Shown: positions 39,767 through 49,337, counted from the first letter of the stretch. The stretch: 64,000 bases of DNA from Syntrophorhabdaceae bacterium (GCA_963666485.2 CAXXUO010000008.1:32001-96000), one strand, 5' to 3'. Notes: a model not told the origin generated them from the letters alone. Program-made: numbers and translations.

Positions 39767-40540
39767 ATGACCGGACTTCTTGAAGTGGACAGGCTGATGA
39801 AGAGTTTCGGCGGCGTTCAAGCCGTAGGCGGCATCTCCTTTTCCGTCAGGCAGGGGGAGACCCTCGGCATTATCGGCCCCAACGGTGCGGGAAAGACAAC
39901 GGTCTTTAATCTCATCACCCGTTTTTACACCCCCGACAGCGGCGACATACGCTACATGGGAAAGTCGGTCACGCACATGCCTCCCTACAAGCTGGCGCGG
40001 CTCGGCATTGGCAGGACGTTCCAGAACCTGAGGCTCTTCAAGGAACTGAGCGTCCTTGAAAATATAACGTCGGCCTACTTAAGCGGTAATCGCTACAGCC
40101 CCTTCGCAGGGATCTTCAGGACGCGCAGGCAATTGGCCGTCGAGAAAAAGGCCGAAATAAAGGCATGGACGCTTATAGATTTCCTCGGCCTCTCCGGGAA
40201 AGAACATGCGCCGGCGGCGAGCCTTCCCTACGGGGAGCAGCGCAGGCTGGAACTCGCGAGGGCACTGGCCATCGAGCCGAAGCTGCTCCTTATAGACGAG
40301 CCCGGTGCGGGAATGAACCCGCGAGAGATCCAGGACCTCGTCCTGACATTGCGGGAGGTCAAGGAAAGGTTCGGGCTCACCATTGTCATGATCGAACACC
40401 AGATGAGGCTTGTGATGAACATCTCCGACCGGATCGTGGTCATGGACTTCGGTGAAAAGATCATGGAGGGAACGCCAGCCGAGGTAAAAAAAGACCGGCG
40501 GGTCATCGAGGCTTACCTCGGCGAGGACGGGAACGCATGA
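39767..40540 (+). CDS. livG: ABC ATP-binding protein LivG
   Basis: GPNGAGKTT, RTFQN, LPYGEQRRLE, VIEAYLG. Confidence 0.93.
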   Translation: MTGLLEVDRLMKSFGGVQAVGGISFSVRQGETLGIIGPNGAGKTTVFNLITRFYTPDSGDIRYMGKSVTHMPPYKLARLGIGRTFQNLRLFKELSVLENITSAYLSGNRYSPFAGIFRTRRQLAVEKKAEIKAWTLIDFLGLSGKEHAPAASLPYGEQRRLELARALAIEPKLLLIDEPGAGMNPREIQDLVLTLREVKERFGLTIVMIEHQMRLVMNISDRIVVMDFGEKIMEGTPAEVKKDRRVIEAYLGEDGNA

Positions 40541-41262
40541 ACGACAAGCCCGTCATGCTGGCTATCAGCGGCCTGAACGTTTCCTACGGCATCATCGGGG
40601 CCCTCGACAACGTGAGCCTTGATGTGCGCAGGGGTGAGATATTGTCCGTCATCGGGGCAAACGGCGCCGGGAAATCGACCCTGCTCAAAACAATAACGGG
40701 GATCGTATGGCCGGCATCCGGCAGCATTGATTTCGAGGGAAGAAACATAACCGGTCTGAGGACGGACCGGATAGTGAGGATGGGGATCACCATGGTCCCC
40801 GAAGGCAGGAGGATCTTCCCGGACCTTACGGTCAAGGAAAACCTCGAGCTTGGCGGGTACTCCCAACCGGACAAAAAGATTCACGGCGACCTTTTCGATC
40901 TCATTGTCATGACCTTCCCGCGCCTCAAGGAACGGATGACGCAGCATGCAGGGACGCTTTCGGGAGGGGAACAGCAGATGCTGGCCATGGGCAGGGCGCT
41001 CATGTCCGACCCAAGGCTGCTCCTGCTGGACGAGCCGTCAATGGGCCTGTCCCCGATAATCACGCGCGAGATATTTTCACTCATAACGAAGATCAACAGG
41101 GAAAAGAACATTACGATGGTCCTTGTCGAACAGAATGCCCACATGGCCTTGGAACACTCGCACAGGGCGTGCGTCCTGGAGAACGGGCGCATGACCCTCG
41201 TCGGACTGTCGGGCGATATCAAGCATGATCCCCGGGTCGTAGAGGCGTATCTCGGGGTGTGA
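40537..41262 (+). CDS. livF: ABC ATP-binding protein LivF
   Basis: GANGAGKST, VPEGRRIF, LSGGEQQML, DEPSMGL, VEQN. Confidence 0.93.
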   Translation: MNDKPVMLAISGLNVSYGIIGALDNVSLDVRRGEILSVIGANGAGKSTLLKTITGIVWPASGSIDFEGRNITGLRTDRIVRMGITMVPEGRRIFPDLTVKENLELGGYSQPDKKIHGDLFDLIVMTFPRLKERMTQHAGTLSGGEQQMLAMGRALMSDPRLLLLDEPSMGLSPIITREIFSLITKINREKNITMVLVEQNAHMALEHSHRACVLENGRMTLVGLSGDIKHDPRVVEAYLGV

Positions 41263-41312
41263 CGGGGCAGCCTGTGTTTTTCCCTTCGTTCGTGTTATAA
41301 CATTCTCGGCAC

Positions 41313-42356
41313 ATGAAAAGAAGAATCCGCGACATTCATGACATTGCGGCAGAGCAGAAGGTGCCTGTCCTCCGTATGATGGATTTTACGGACAGCGTGA
41401 ACCCTCTCGGGCCTTCATCGGCTGCCAGGAGCGCGCTCAGGAAGTCTGTCAGGATGCTCGCGAGGCCTGTCGACGACGGGGCCCGTTACCTGACACGCGC
41501 AATAGCCCGAGCAAGCGATGTCCCCGGGGAGAATATCCTCGTGTCGGGCGGCATCGAAGAGCTTTTCACAGCGATCGTCCGGGCGCTTGGCCTTAAGACG
41601 CTGCTTGTGTGCGCCCCGTATCCCGCGTATTACCGGAAGATCCTGGAATACCCTATCGATTTTCATTTCCTTGAGCTCAGGGAAAACGAACGCTTTAACC
41701 TCGATCCCGGGGCCTGGGAAAAGGCCCTGGCCGGATGCGATGCCGCCATCGTCCCCTACCCGTCTTTTATATCGGAGAGGTCCCTCGCCCGTGATGACCT
41801 GGCAAGAATGATCACTTTCGCCAAAGACCGCGGGACGAGGCTCATCATCGACGAGACCCTCCTCGGTTATGCCGGTGCCGCCCCGGCGGCGAGGGACATA
41901 ACCGGTGAGCCGCAATGCCTCGTTGTCTCGTCGATGACAGAATACTATGCACTTCCGGGACTGCCTGTCGCGTATTGCATCGGCGACACCGCGACCCTTC
42001 GTTCCATCAGGCAGGGCTCTCCCGTGTATCCGCCGTCCACCCCGGCGGCCGCTGCCGCGACTGCATCCCTTCGGGACAGGGATTATCCCCGGCGCACACG
42101 TTCATACATCGCACAGGAGCGCGTTTTTATCGAAGACAACCTCGGGAAGATACCGGGGGTATCATTTTACGGAACGTCATGCGGTTCATTCATCGTGCAA
42201 TGCGAACAGGCCCGATCGGGCACGGATGTCTTTTCCCGGTACAACATTGTCGTGGATGAGATATCCGGTTCTTTGTTCTTTCCGGTCAAGGACCACAAAT
42301 GGAATGCGCGCTACCTTAAAACATTGAAAAATATTGTGGGGGGATCACATCAATGA
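41313..42356 (+). CDS. CobD/HisC-like class I/II aminotransferase-fold protein lacking the PLP lysine
   Basis: DFTDSVNPLG, IIDETL, SMTEYYALPGLPVAY where the family has SxTKxxxxPGLRxGY. Confidence 0.75.
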   Translation: MKRRIRDIHDIAAEQKVPVLRMMDFTDSVNPLGPSSAARSALRKSVRMLARPVDDGARYLTRAIARASDVPGENILVSGGIEELFTAIVRALGLKTLLVCAPYPAYYRKILEYPIDFHFLELRENERFNLDPGAWEKALAGCDAAIVPYPSFISERSLARDDLARMITFAKDRGTRLIIDETLLGYAGAAPAARDITGEPQCLVVSSMTEYYALPGLPVAYCIGDTATLRSIRQGSPVYPPSTPAAAAATASLRDRDYPRRTRSYIAQERVFIEDNLGKIPGVSFYGTSCGSFIVQCEQARSGTDVFSRYNIVVDEISGSLFFPVKDHKWNARYLKTLKNIVGGSHQ

Positions 42357-43900
42357 GATATCTGAAAAACCCTTTCGTCCTCTTTATAGCCGTACTGCTC
42401 GTCATCCTGACGGCCTTTTCGCCATGCGTCGCCGCCGAACTGAGGATCCTGTACTTCAACGATTTCCACGGGTTCGCCGAGAGTTCCCGGCGGATAGGCT
42501 CCGATGAGCTCCAGGGAGGCATCGCATACTTAAGCCAGCGTGCCGCCGAATTGAGAAAAGAGAAACCCTCTCTTTTCCTTGCCGCCGGCGACATGATACA
42601 GGGGGACACATGGGCGAACCTCTTCGCAGGCAAGTCATCGATAGAGGTCATGAACGCGATGGGCATTAACGCCATGGTCGTCGGGAACCACGAATTTGAT
42701 TTCGGAAAAGCTGTCCTGGCCAAGAGGATCGAAGAGTCCAGGTTCCCCGTGCTCGGGGCGAACGTGGTCGGTTTCGAGCCCATCAAACCGTATGTTATTC
42801 AGGTAATTAACGGTTTAAAGGTCGCCGTCATCGGTGTCGTAACGGAAGAGACCCCGTCCGCCACCCACCCGTCCAATGTTGACGGCCTTCAATTTTTGCC
42901 CGTCGCCAAAACAGTGGCGCAGTATGTTGCCCAGTTGAGGAGCAAGGTCGACCTCATCATTGTGCTTTCGCATATCGGGTATAACGCGGACATGGAACTG
43001 GCGGCAGCGGTAAAGGGGATCGATGTGATCGTCGGCGGGCACTCGCATACCAAGGCCGTGAAGGAGATCATGGTGGGCAGGACGGTTATCGTGCAGGCAT
43101 GGGAACACGGGCTCGCGCTCGGCGTCCTCGACCTGACAGTCGAATCCGGGCAGATCACCGCGGCCTCGGACAGGCTGGAAACCATCAATCCCGCCGTCAT
43201 GAAGAAAGATGAAAAAGTGGCGGCCATCGTCGAAAATTATGCCGCCCAGGTCAGGGCATCCATGGGCAAGGTCATCGGCGAGGCTTTGGTAGATCTCAAC
43301 GCTGAAGAGGCAAGGAGCGGCGAATCGAACATGGGCAACTTCGTCGCAGATGTCATCAGGAAAGAGGCGGGCGCCGAAGCAGCGATAATAAATGGAGGCG
43401 GCCTTCGGACCAGCATCAGGAAGGGGCCCGTCACGGTAGGCAATGTCTATTCGGTCCTGCCTTTTAACAACTACATTCTTTCCATTCGCCTCACCGGTCA
43501 GCAAATAAAGGATGCCCTCGAGTGGGGCGTATCCGGGATCGAGGCCAAAGAGGGGCGTTTCCCCCAGGTATCAGGCATGTCTTTCACCTATTCCGCGGTG
43601 CGCGAAGTGGGCAAGCGCATCGGGACGATCATGGTCGCCGGGCAGCCGATCGATCTTTCGCGGCGATACACGGTTGCGACCAATGATTTCCTGGCCGCCG
43701 GAGGTGACGGGTACCAGGTCTTCCGCGAGGCGATACGGCAGGCCCCCGATTTCGAGATCGTCGGCGGGACGATACGAAGCGCTAATATCGTGTACAATGA
43801 CGCCGGCAGATGGCTCCGGGACGTCGTCACGGCAGACATAGAAAAAGAAAGAAGAATAGGTTCCGCCGTCGAGGGAAGGATACGGGCCGAAGGAAAATAA
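42353..43900 (+). CDS. Exported 5'-nucleotidase / UDP-sugar hydrolase (UshA family)
   Basis: Signal peptide; NDFHG, AGD, GNHEFD, LSHIG, GGHSH; C-domain NGGGLR, FPQVSG, GGDGY. Confidence 0.93.
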   Translation: MRYLKNPFVLFIAVLLVILTAFSPCVAAELRILYFNDFHGFAESSRRIGSDELQGGIAYLSQRAAELRKEKPSLFLAAGDMIQGDTWANLFAGKSSIEVMNAMGINAMVVGNHEFDFGKAVLAKRIEESRFPVLGANVVGFEPIKPYVIQVINGLKVAVIGVVTEETPSATHPSNVDGLQFLPVAKTVAQYVAQLRSKVDLIIVLSHIGYNADMELAAAVKGIDVIVGGHSHTKAVKEIMVGRTVIVQAWEHGLALGVLDLTVESGQITAASDRLETINPAVMKKDEKVAAIVENYAAQVRASMGKVIGEALVDLNAEEARSGESNMGNFVADVIRKEAGAEAAIINGGGLRTSIRKGPVTVGNVYSVLPFNNYILSIRLTGQQIKDALEWGVSGIEAKEGRFPQVSGMSFTYSAVREVGKRIGTIMVAGQPIDLSRRYTVATNDFLAAGGDGYQVFREAIRQAPDFEIVGGTIRSANIVYNDAGRWLRDVVTADIEKERRIGSAVEGRIRAEGK

Positions 43901-43922
43901 GGGATTAGATTCATCGTAAACG

Positions 43923-44108
43923 ATGAAGGTATTCGTCAACGACAGGGAGGTCCATCTCGCCCCGGGCATGACCGTGCGCCACGCGCTGGTGGCGGCCGCG
44001 CTCATCGAAGAGATCGATGCCGATGCACAGGTGTGTGACGAATGGGGCAACGAGGTCGGTCTCGACGGTGCGGTCTCTGAAAATTACAGGCTGTACGTGA
44101 AAAAATGA
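43923..44108 (+). CDS. Small beta-grasp (ThiS-like) protein without C-terminal GG
   Basis: MKVFVNDREVHLAPGMTVRHAL...; follows the nucleotidase by 22 nt. Confidence 0.6.
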   Translation: MKVFVNDREVHLAPGMTVRHALVAAALIEEIDADAQVCDEWGNEVGLDGAVSENYRLYVKK

Positions 44109-44113
44109 AAAAT

Positions 44114-44199
44114 GGTTCAAGGTTCAAAGTTCAAGGTTCAACGTTAAAAACGTCGCCTTATTTCTGTTACTTTGAACCTTGAACCTTGAACCTTGAACC
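44114..44199. repeat. Inverted heptamer arrays (RGTTCAA)4 / (TTGAACC)4
   Basis: GGTTCAAGGTTCAAAGTTCAAGGTTCAA ... TTGAACCTTGAACCTTGAACCTTGAACC. Confidence 0.88.
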
Positions 44200-44221
44200 A
44201 TTTTTTCAGTTCGTGTATACT
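44193..44221 (+). promoter_or_regulatory. Sigma70-like promoter of transaldolase; -35 lies in the last repeat unit
   Basis: TTGAAC-N17-TATACT. Confidence 0.6.
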
Positions 44222-44255
44222 TTAATCCTCACAACCAAAACCGGAGGTTATGATC

Positions 44256-44900
44256 ATGAAATTTTTTATAGATACGGCGAATATCGACGAGATCAGGAAA
44301 GGGATGGAGATGGGCCTTGTCGACGGGGTCACAACGAACCCGTCGCTCCTTGCAAAGGAAAAGAAGGACCCGGAAACGGTCCTGCGGGAGATCCTGAAAA
44401 CCGTTCCCGGCCCGGTGAGCCTCGAGGTCATATCGACCGATACGAAGGGCATGATCGATGAAGCGCGGAAGCTGGCCAACCTTGGCGAGAACGCCGTTGT
44501 CAAGATACCCATGACGGAAAACGGCATCAAGGCCGTAAGGGCACTGACCGATGAAGGTATCAAGACAAATGTCACCCTTATCTTTCAGCCGCTCCAGGCC
44601 CTCATAGCCGCAAAGGCAGGCGCGACATATGTCAGCCCGTTCATCGGCAGGCTCGACGACATCTCACAGCGGGGGATGGAGATCATCGATGCCATCGCCA
44701 AGATATTCTACAATTACGCCATCGAAACCGAGGTCATCGTGGCGAGCATACGGAACCCTGTGCACGTTCTCGACGCAGCCCTCATAGGTGCCGACATAGC
44801 GACCATACCTTTCAACGTACTGAAACAACTCATGAACCACCCCCTGACGGAGATCGGGCTCGAGAAGTTCCTGAAAGATTACGAAAGCATCAAAAAATAA
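44256..44900 (+). CDS. tal: Transaldolase (small TalC/FSA-like subfamily)
   Basis: [23 protein letters not shown] (Glu) and SPFIGR (Phe) are the transaldolase rather than FSA residues; GGAGG 8 nt upstream. Confidence 0.9.
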   Translation: MKFFIDTANIDEIRKGMEMGLVDGVTTNPSLLAKEKKDPETVLREILKTVPGPVSLEVISTDTKGMIDEARKLANLGENAVVKIPMTENGIKAVRALTDEGIKTNVTLIFQPLQALIAAKAGATYVSPFIGRLDDISQRGMEIIDAIAKIFYNYAIETEVIVASIRNPVHVLDAALIGADIATIPFNVLKQLMNHPLTEIGLEKFLKDYESIKK

Positions 44901-44901
44901 T

Positions 44902-44991
44902 CGTTCTACGTTCTACGTTCCGCGTTCTACGTCAAAAACTAATTATTTTAGTATTTGTCTAAACGTAGAACGTAGAACGTAGAACGTAGAA
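44902..44991. repeat. Inverted heptamer arrays (CGTTCTA)4 / (CGTAGAA)4
   Basis: CGTTCTACGTTCTACGTTCCGCGTTCTACG ... CGTAGAACGTAGAACGTAGAACGTAGAA. Confidence 0.88.
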
Positions 44992-44993
44992 CC

Positions 44994-45026
44994 GAAAAAG
45001 CCGCTGGCGCTGCCAGCGGCTTTTTC
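44994..45026. terminator. Bidirectional-type intrinsic terminator
   Basis: GAAAAAGCCGCTGGC-GCT-GCCAGCGGCTTTTTC. Confidence 0.8.
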
Positions 45027-45055
45027 TTGCATTTCCAAGGCCGGGGACGTACGAT
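45027..45055 (+). promoter_or_regulatory. Sigma70-like promoter of the MFS gene
   Basis: TTGCAT-N17-TACGAT. Confidence 0.55.
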
Positions 45056-45089
45056 TAAAATAAAGTCTTTTTACTATTGCCGGAGGTGA

Positions 45090-46301
45090 ATGATGCATTA
45101 TGCATGGATTATCGCTTTCACCGGTACGCTCGTAACAATTCTCGCACATGGCTTCGGCAGGATGTCTTACTCGGTCATATTACCGCCGATGAAAGACGGG
45201 CTCATGCTCAACTACACCCAGCTTGGCTCCATTGCGACCGGCAATTTTATCGGGTATCTCAGTCTCGCTATTATCGGCGGCTTCCTTGCTGCCCGCTTCG
45301 GTGTGCGGCGAGTCGTCTTTATCTCTCTTTTAGTTATAGGTGTGAGCCTCTTCCTGACGGGTTTTTCGGAGTCGTTCCTGTTCGCATTCTTTATGAGGCT
45401 GATCGCGGGGCTCGGCAATGGAGGCGCGTATGTCCCGATCATGGCCCTGCCTGCGGCGTGGTTCATCGCCAGGAAAAGGGGCCTGGCTACGGGGATAGTG
45501 TCCGGCGGTATCGGGACCGGGCTTTTCCTCGCCGGTGTCATCCTGCCGCCAATCATCTCTCACTTCGGCAAGGATGGATGGCGTTACGCGTGGTATTCCC
45601 TGGGGATTGCCGTATTTGCCCTGGCCTTCGTCTGCTACGCATTTCTGAGGAACCACCCGTCTGAAAAAGGCCTTACCATGTTCGGCGGGATCGAGGAACA
45701 AAAGGGAGGGCCGAAGGTCACGCTTTTCTCGGCATTCAAGGACGTCGTCGTCGAGCCCGAGATATGGAAACTCGGCGCCGTGTACTTCATGTACGGCTTC
45801 TCGTACATAATCTATCTCACGTTCTTCGTAGCGTTCCTCACCAAGGAAATGGGCGTGACCCCCATTGCAGCCGGCAGGATCTTTGCCATCCTCGGGGTCT
45901 TCAGCATATTCTGCGGGGTCATATACGGCTGGATATCGGACGTCCTCGGGAGACGCTATGGATCTATGCTGGCCTACCTTACCCTCGCACTGGCATACGT
46001 CATCTTCGCGTTCTGGAAGGACCCGGCAGGGTTCTATGTCTCCGCGATCGTCTTCGGCATCGCCGCCTTCTCTATACCTACCATAATGGCAGCGGCATCG
46101 GGTGACGCCGTCGGCGGCCGCCTGGCACCGGCAGGCCTCGGCTTCATAACGCTCTTCTTCGGGATAGGCCAGGCACTCGGCCCGCTCGCCGGCGGGATGA
46201 TCAAGGATTCGACGGGAAGCTTCACGGGCGCCTTCCTCCTCTCCGCGGGGGTGTCGCTGGTAGGGGCGTTCGGATCGCTGATACTAAAACGTAAGGCGTG
46301 A
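45090..46301 (+). CDS. MFS transporter (YbfB/YjiJ-like)
   Basis: About 12 hydrophobic segments, GFGRMSY, GWISDVLGRR, GQALGP. Confidence 0.88.
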   Translation: MMHYAWIIAFTGTLVTILAHGFGRMSYSVILPPMKDGLMLNYTQLGSIATGNFIGYLSLAIIGGFLAARFGVRRVVFISLLVIGVSLFLTGFSESFLFAFFMRLIAGLGNGGAYVPIMALPAAWFIARKRGLATGIVSGGIGTGLFLAGVILPPIISHFGKDGWRYAWYSLGIAVFALAFVCYAFLRNHPSEKGLTMFGGIEEQKGGPKVTLFSAFKDVVVEPEIWKLGAVYFMYGFSYIIYLTFFVAFLTKEMGVTPIAAGRIFAILGVFSIFCGVIYGWISDVLGRRYGSMLAYLTLALAYVIFAFWKDPAGFYVSAIVFGIAAFSIPTIMAAASGDAVGGRLAPAGLGFITLFFGIGQALGPLAGGMIKDSTGSFTGAFLLSAGVSLVGAFGSLILKRKA

Positions 46302-46349
46302 GAGCGTAAGGCGTAAGGCGTTTTAACTCCTTGCGCCTCACGCCTTACG
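46290..46349. repeat. Inverted heptamer arrays (CGTAAGG)n / (CGCCTTA)n
   Basis: CGTAAGGCGTGAGAGCGTAAGGCGTAAGGCG ... GCGCCTCACGCCTTACG; contains the MFS stop codon. Confidence 0.75.
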
Positions 46350-46364
46350 TGTGCTACTGTTTTC

Positions 46365-47300
46365 ATGGTTATGGCTACGAATAAAAAGAGCGCACAACAA
46401 TGGTTTCTCGAAGCGTATAACTACGACCTCCTCGAACAGTCGGCTGAAAAAGCTGTCAAAGCATATAAGAAATGCATCCAGGTCGATCCCGATTATGCGG
46501 CCGCCTATGTGAACCTGGGGCTCATCTACCTCAAGGAGGAGGATTACGAGAAGGCGCTCCATCATTTCACGAGAGTCGTTCAGCTCGAACCCGAAAATGT
46601 CGAGGCATATATCAACCTCGGTTATACATATGAAAAGATGGACCGCTTCGGAATGGCGAGGCAGATGTATGAGCAGGCCCTGAAGATAAACCCGAAGCAC
46701 ATGGAGGCGTTCATCAACCTGGCGCACATCCACGAGATGCAGGCCGATTACAATGGCGCGATATCCCTCTGGGAACAGGCCATCCAGATCGACCCCTACG
46801 CACCCCAGCCTCATTTTTTCCTCGGGGCGATCCTGGACCGCCACGACATGTTCGACGAAGCGATCGAGGAATACCGGAAGGCGCTCGAGATCGATCCTCA
46901 CCACGTAAAGGCGTGGTTCAACATGGGCCGCCTTTTCCTTCAGCAAGGCGAGCCGAGAAAGGCATTCGACGCATTCTCCCGCGTTGTCGAACTCAGCGCC
47001 GATAACACCATGGCATGGAACTATCTCGGCTACATTTACGAAATGCTCGGAAGCGTAGAAAACGCCATATTTGCATACAGCACATCCCTCGGTATAAACA
47101 ACTACCAGGAGGACGCCCACTATAACCTCGCCCGCCTTCAGTATATTCAATACCGCGCAAAACCCGATGCACAACTTCTTGACGGGATAAGAAGCCGGCT
47201 TCAATATGTACTCGGCACGAATCCCCAGCACAAGGAAGCGAAACAGCTGCTCGGGATGATACAGCTGCACAAATCACGCCAGAATAGAGCAGACAACTAG
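46365..47300 (+). CDS. Tetratricopeptide repeat protein
   Basis: Repeated 34-aa units (AYVNLGLIY, AYINLGYTY, AWFNMG, AWNYLG, AHYNLA). Confidence 0.9.
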   Translation: MVMATNKKSAQQWFLEAYNYDLLEQSAEKAVKAYKKCIQVDPDYAAAYVNLGLIYLKEEDYEKALHHFTRVVQLEPENVEAYINLGYTYEKMDRFGMARQMYEQALKINPKHMEAFINLAHIHEMQADYNGAISLWEQAIQIDPYAPQPHFFLGAILDRHDMFDEAIEEYRKALEIDPHHVKAWFNMGRLFLQQGEPRKAFDAFSRVVELSADNTMAWNYLGYIYEMLGSVENAIFAYSTSLGINNYQEDAHYNLARLQYIQYRAKPDAQLLDGIRSRLQYVLGTNPQHKEAKQLLGMIQLHKSRQNRADN

Positions 47301-47320
47301 TAGTCTGCTCTATTCTGGCA

Positions 47321-47428
47321 TTCAAGGTTCAAAGTTCAAAGTTCAAGGTGAAAGAAGAAGCAAAAAAATGCCCCGGATATCCGGGGCATTGTCTTTGGCA
47401 TTGAACCTTGAACTTTGAACCTTGAACC
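47321..47428. repeat. Inverted heptamer arrays enclosing a terminator hairpin
   Basis: (TTCAARG)4 ... AATGCCCCGGATATCCGGGGCATT ... (TTGAACY)4. Confidence 0.85.
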
Positions 47429-47432
47429 GTTT

Positions 47433-49337
47433 TTAAGCCGCTTCAAGACGTTTCATTATCTCACTTAGTATTTCACTCCACACCGACACGGGGTCGACGG
47501 TGGGGGATGCTGTCAACTGCGGGTTCTTCTCCAGGGTCTGAGCGGCGAGTACGCCGGCGATCTTCCGTTTCTGGTCCAATCCCGCATTGACTGTCTGCTC
47601 GTAAATGTGTGTCGGTATCTCAACCCTGATCTTGCATCCCGCGATGACGGCGACATCCGGTTCCAACTCGGGGGCGGGCTCCGGCGCAGGCTCTACGGTG
47701 AGCCTGGCAGGTTCTGCCGCAGGAGGCGGCGGTGCGAAGACCGGTGCCTCAGGAGCGGGTGCAGCCGGCTGACGAGGCGGCTCGGGCACGACAATCGGCT
47801 CCGGTGCGGGCGCCGGTGCGGCGACGACCGGTGCCTCGGGTGGCGGTGGAGGCGGAGGCGGAGGAGGCGGTTCGGGAGCGGCGACAACAGGTTCGGGAGT
47901 TGGAGGTTCAGGAGCTGGCGGTGGTTCCGGAGCAGCAACAACAGGTTTTTCTTCCACCGGCGGAGGCGGAGGCGCTATGACCGGCTCCGGGATAACTATG
48001 GGTATTTCCTCGACCGGCGGAGCGGCTGCGGCGACCGGCTGCTCTACCTCTTCCGGCTCGATCCCGGCTATAGGTTCCAATACCTCCTTGACCCCGAAGT
48101 CTTCCTGGAATGCCTCTTGTTCGGGTGGCTGCATTTCCTGTACAACGTCCGGTACCGGCACTTCAGGTGCGGCAGGTACTTCGGGCGGTGCCGTCTCTAT
48201 TTCAGTCGGCGCCTCGGGCTCTGGCTCAGCAACCGCGACCGGTTCGACAGGCCTGGGTGCAAAGACCGGTTTCTCCTCGGGTGGTGGCGGCGGAGGCGGC
48301 GGCGGAGGCGGAGGAGGCGGCGGTGCGAAGACAGGTTTTTCCTCGGGCGCGGCCGGTGGAGGTGGAGGAGGCGGCGGTGGAGGAGGCGGCGGCGCTGCTG
48401 CGGCCTGCTTTGGTGCTGCCGCAACTTTCCTCTTCGGTGCCGGCTTTTCCTCAGCGGCCTCTTCAGCGACCTTTTTCGGTTTCTCGGTAAGGGTCCTTTT
48501 CTGCACGGCAGGGCCCGTCATCTTGAGGAAGCGCTGGCCGATCTGCTGCACTATGTCGCCATTGATCGATGAGAAACTGTTGGTCTCTCCTGCCTTGAGG
48601 CAAAGCTTCGCTATCTTGTTCACAAGACGGGGGACCCCGCCTTCAGAATATTGATACAGTTTGTGAATGGCATCGTCGGTGAAGATGGCCTTATCGGCCC
48701 CTGCCAACTTGAGCCTGGTATCGACATAATTCCTCAGGAGATCTTCGCTGTCCATTTTTTCGATCCTGTTGTATGTGCCGATACGCTGGAAAAGATTTGC
48801 CCTCTTCGGATGCTCGAGCCTCTTGGCGAGCTCCATCTGTCCCGCGAGGACGATCGTAAACAGGTTCCGGGTATCATCCTGCATATTCGTCAGCAGGCGA
48901 AGGCTTTCGAGGTTTGTCGGGGATATCGCATTCGCCTCGTCGATAAAAACCAGTACCTTCTTGCCTTCATCAGCCGTTTCAAACAAAAGCTTGTTGAATA
49001 TCTCGAGGAGTTCCGTCCTGCCCCTGATCTCGCATTCTTTTCCGGTAAGCTGACCGATGATCTCGCGCAGGATCTGGACGAAGGACATATCGGGGTTCGT
49101 AACAAAAGCGATCTTGTATTTGCTCTGGTCCAGGGAATCGAGGATAAGCCGCAGGGAAAGCGTCTTGCCGAGTCCTACGTCTCCGACGATAACGGTAAGA
49201 CACTCATTTCCTTCCTCTATGGCGAACAGGGTCTCTGCGACGGTATTTTCTACTGAAAGGTGAGAATCTACATACATCGATGGGTCTGGCACATTGTCGA
49301 ATGGCGGTTTTTTTAGGCCCCAATAATCGGTGTACAT
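47433..49337 (-). CDS. ExeA/GspA-like AAA+ ATPase with long polyproline linker and unknown C-terminal domain
   Basis: YWGLKKPPFDNVPDP, Walker A GDVGLGKT, Walker B FIDEA, LRLLTN, LAGQMEL, GVPRLVN; AAGGAGG RBS. Confidence 0.88.
   Translation of the reverse strand: MYTDYWGLKKPPFDNVPDPSMYVDSHLSVENTVAETLFAIEEGNECLTVIVGDVGLGKTLSLRLILDSLDQSKYKIAFVTNPDMSFVQILREIIGQLTGKECEIRGRTELLEIFNKLLFETADEGKKVLVFIDEANAISPTNLESLRLLTNMQDDTRNLFTIVLAGQMELAKRLEHPKRANLFQRIGTYNRIEKMDSEDLLRNYVDTRLKLAGADKAIFTDDAIHKLYQYSEGGVPRLVNKIAKLCLKAGETNSFSSINGDIVQQIGQRFLKMTGPAVQKRTLTEKPKKVAEEAAEEKPAPKRKVAAAPKQAAAAPPPPPPPPPPPPPAAPEEKPVFAPPPPPPPPPPPPPPPEEKPVFAPRPVEPVAVAEPEPEAPTEIETAPPEVPAAPEVPVPDVVQEMQPPEQEAFQEDFGVKEVLEPIAGIEPEEVEQPVAAAAPPVEEIPIVIPEPVIAPPPPPVEEKPVVAAPEPPPAPEPPTPEPVVAAPEPPPPPPPPPPPEAPVVAAPAPAPEPIVVPEPPRQPAAPAPEAPVFAPPPPAAEPARLTVEPAPEPAPELEPDVAVIAGCKIRVEIPTHIYEQTVNAGLDQKRKIAGVLAAQTLEKNPQLTASPTVDPVSVWSEILSEIMKRLEAA

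Noticed and set aside
47607..48654. Gly-rich and Arg-rich plus-strand ORFs and GGN runs
   Set aside because: They are the reverse complement of the polyproline codons.
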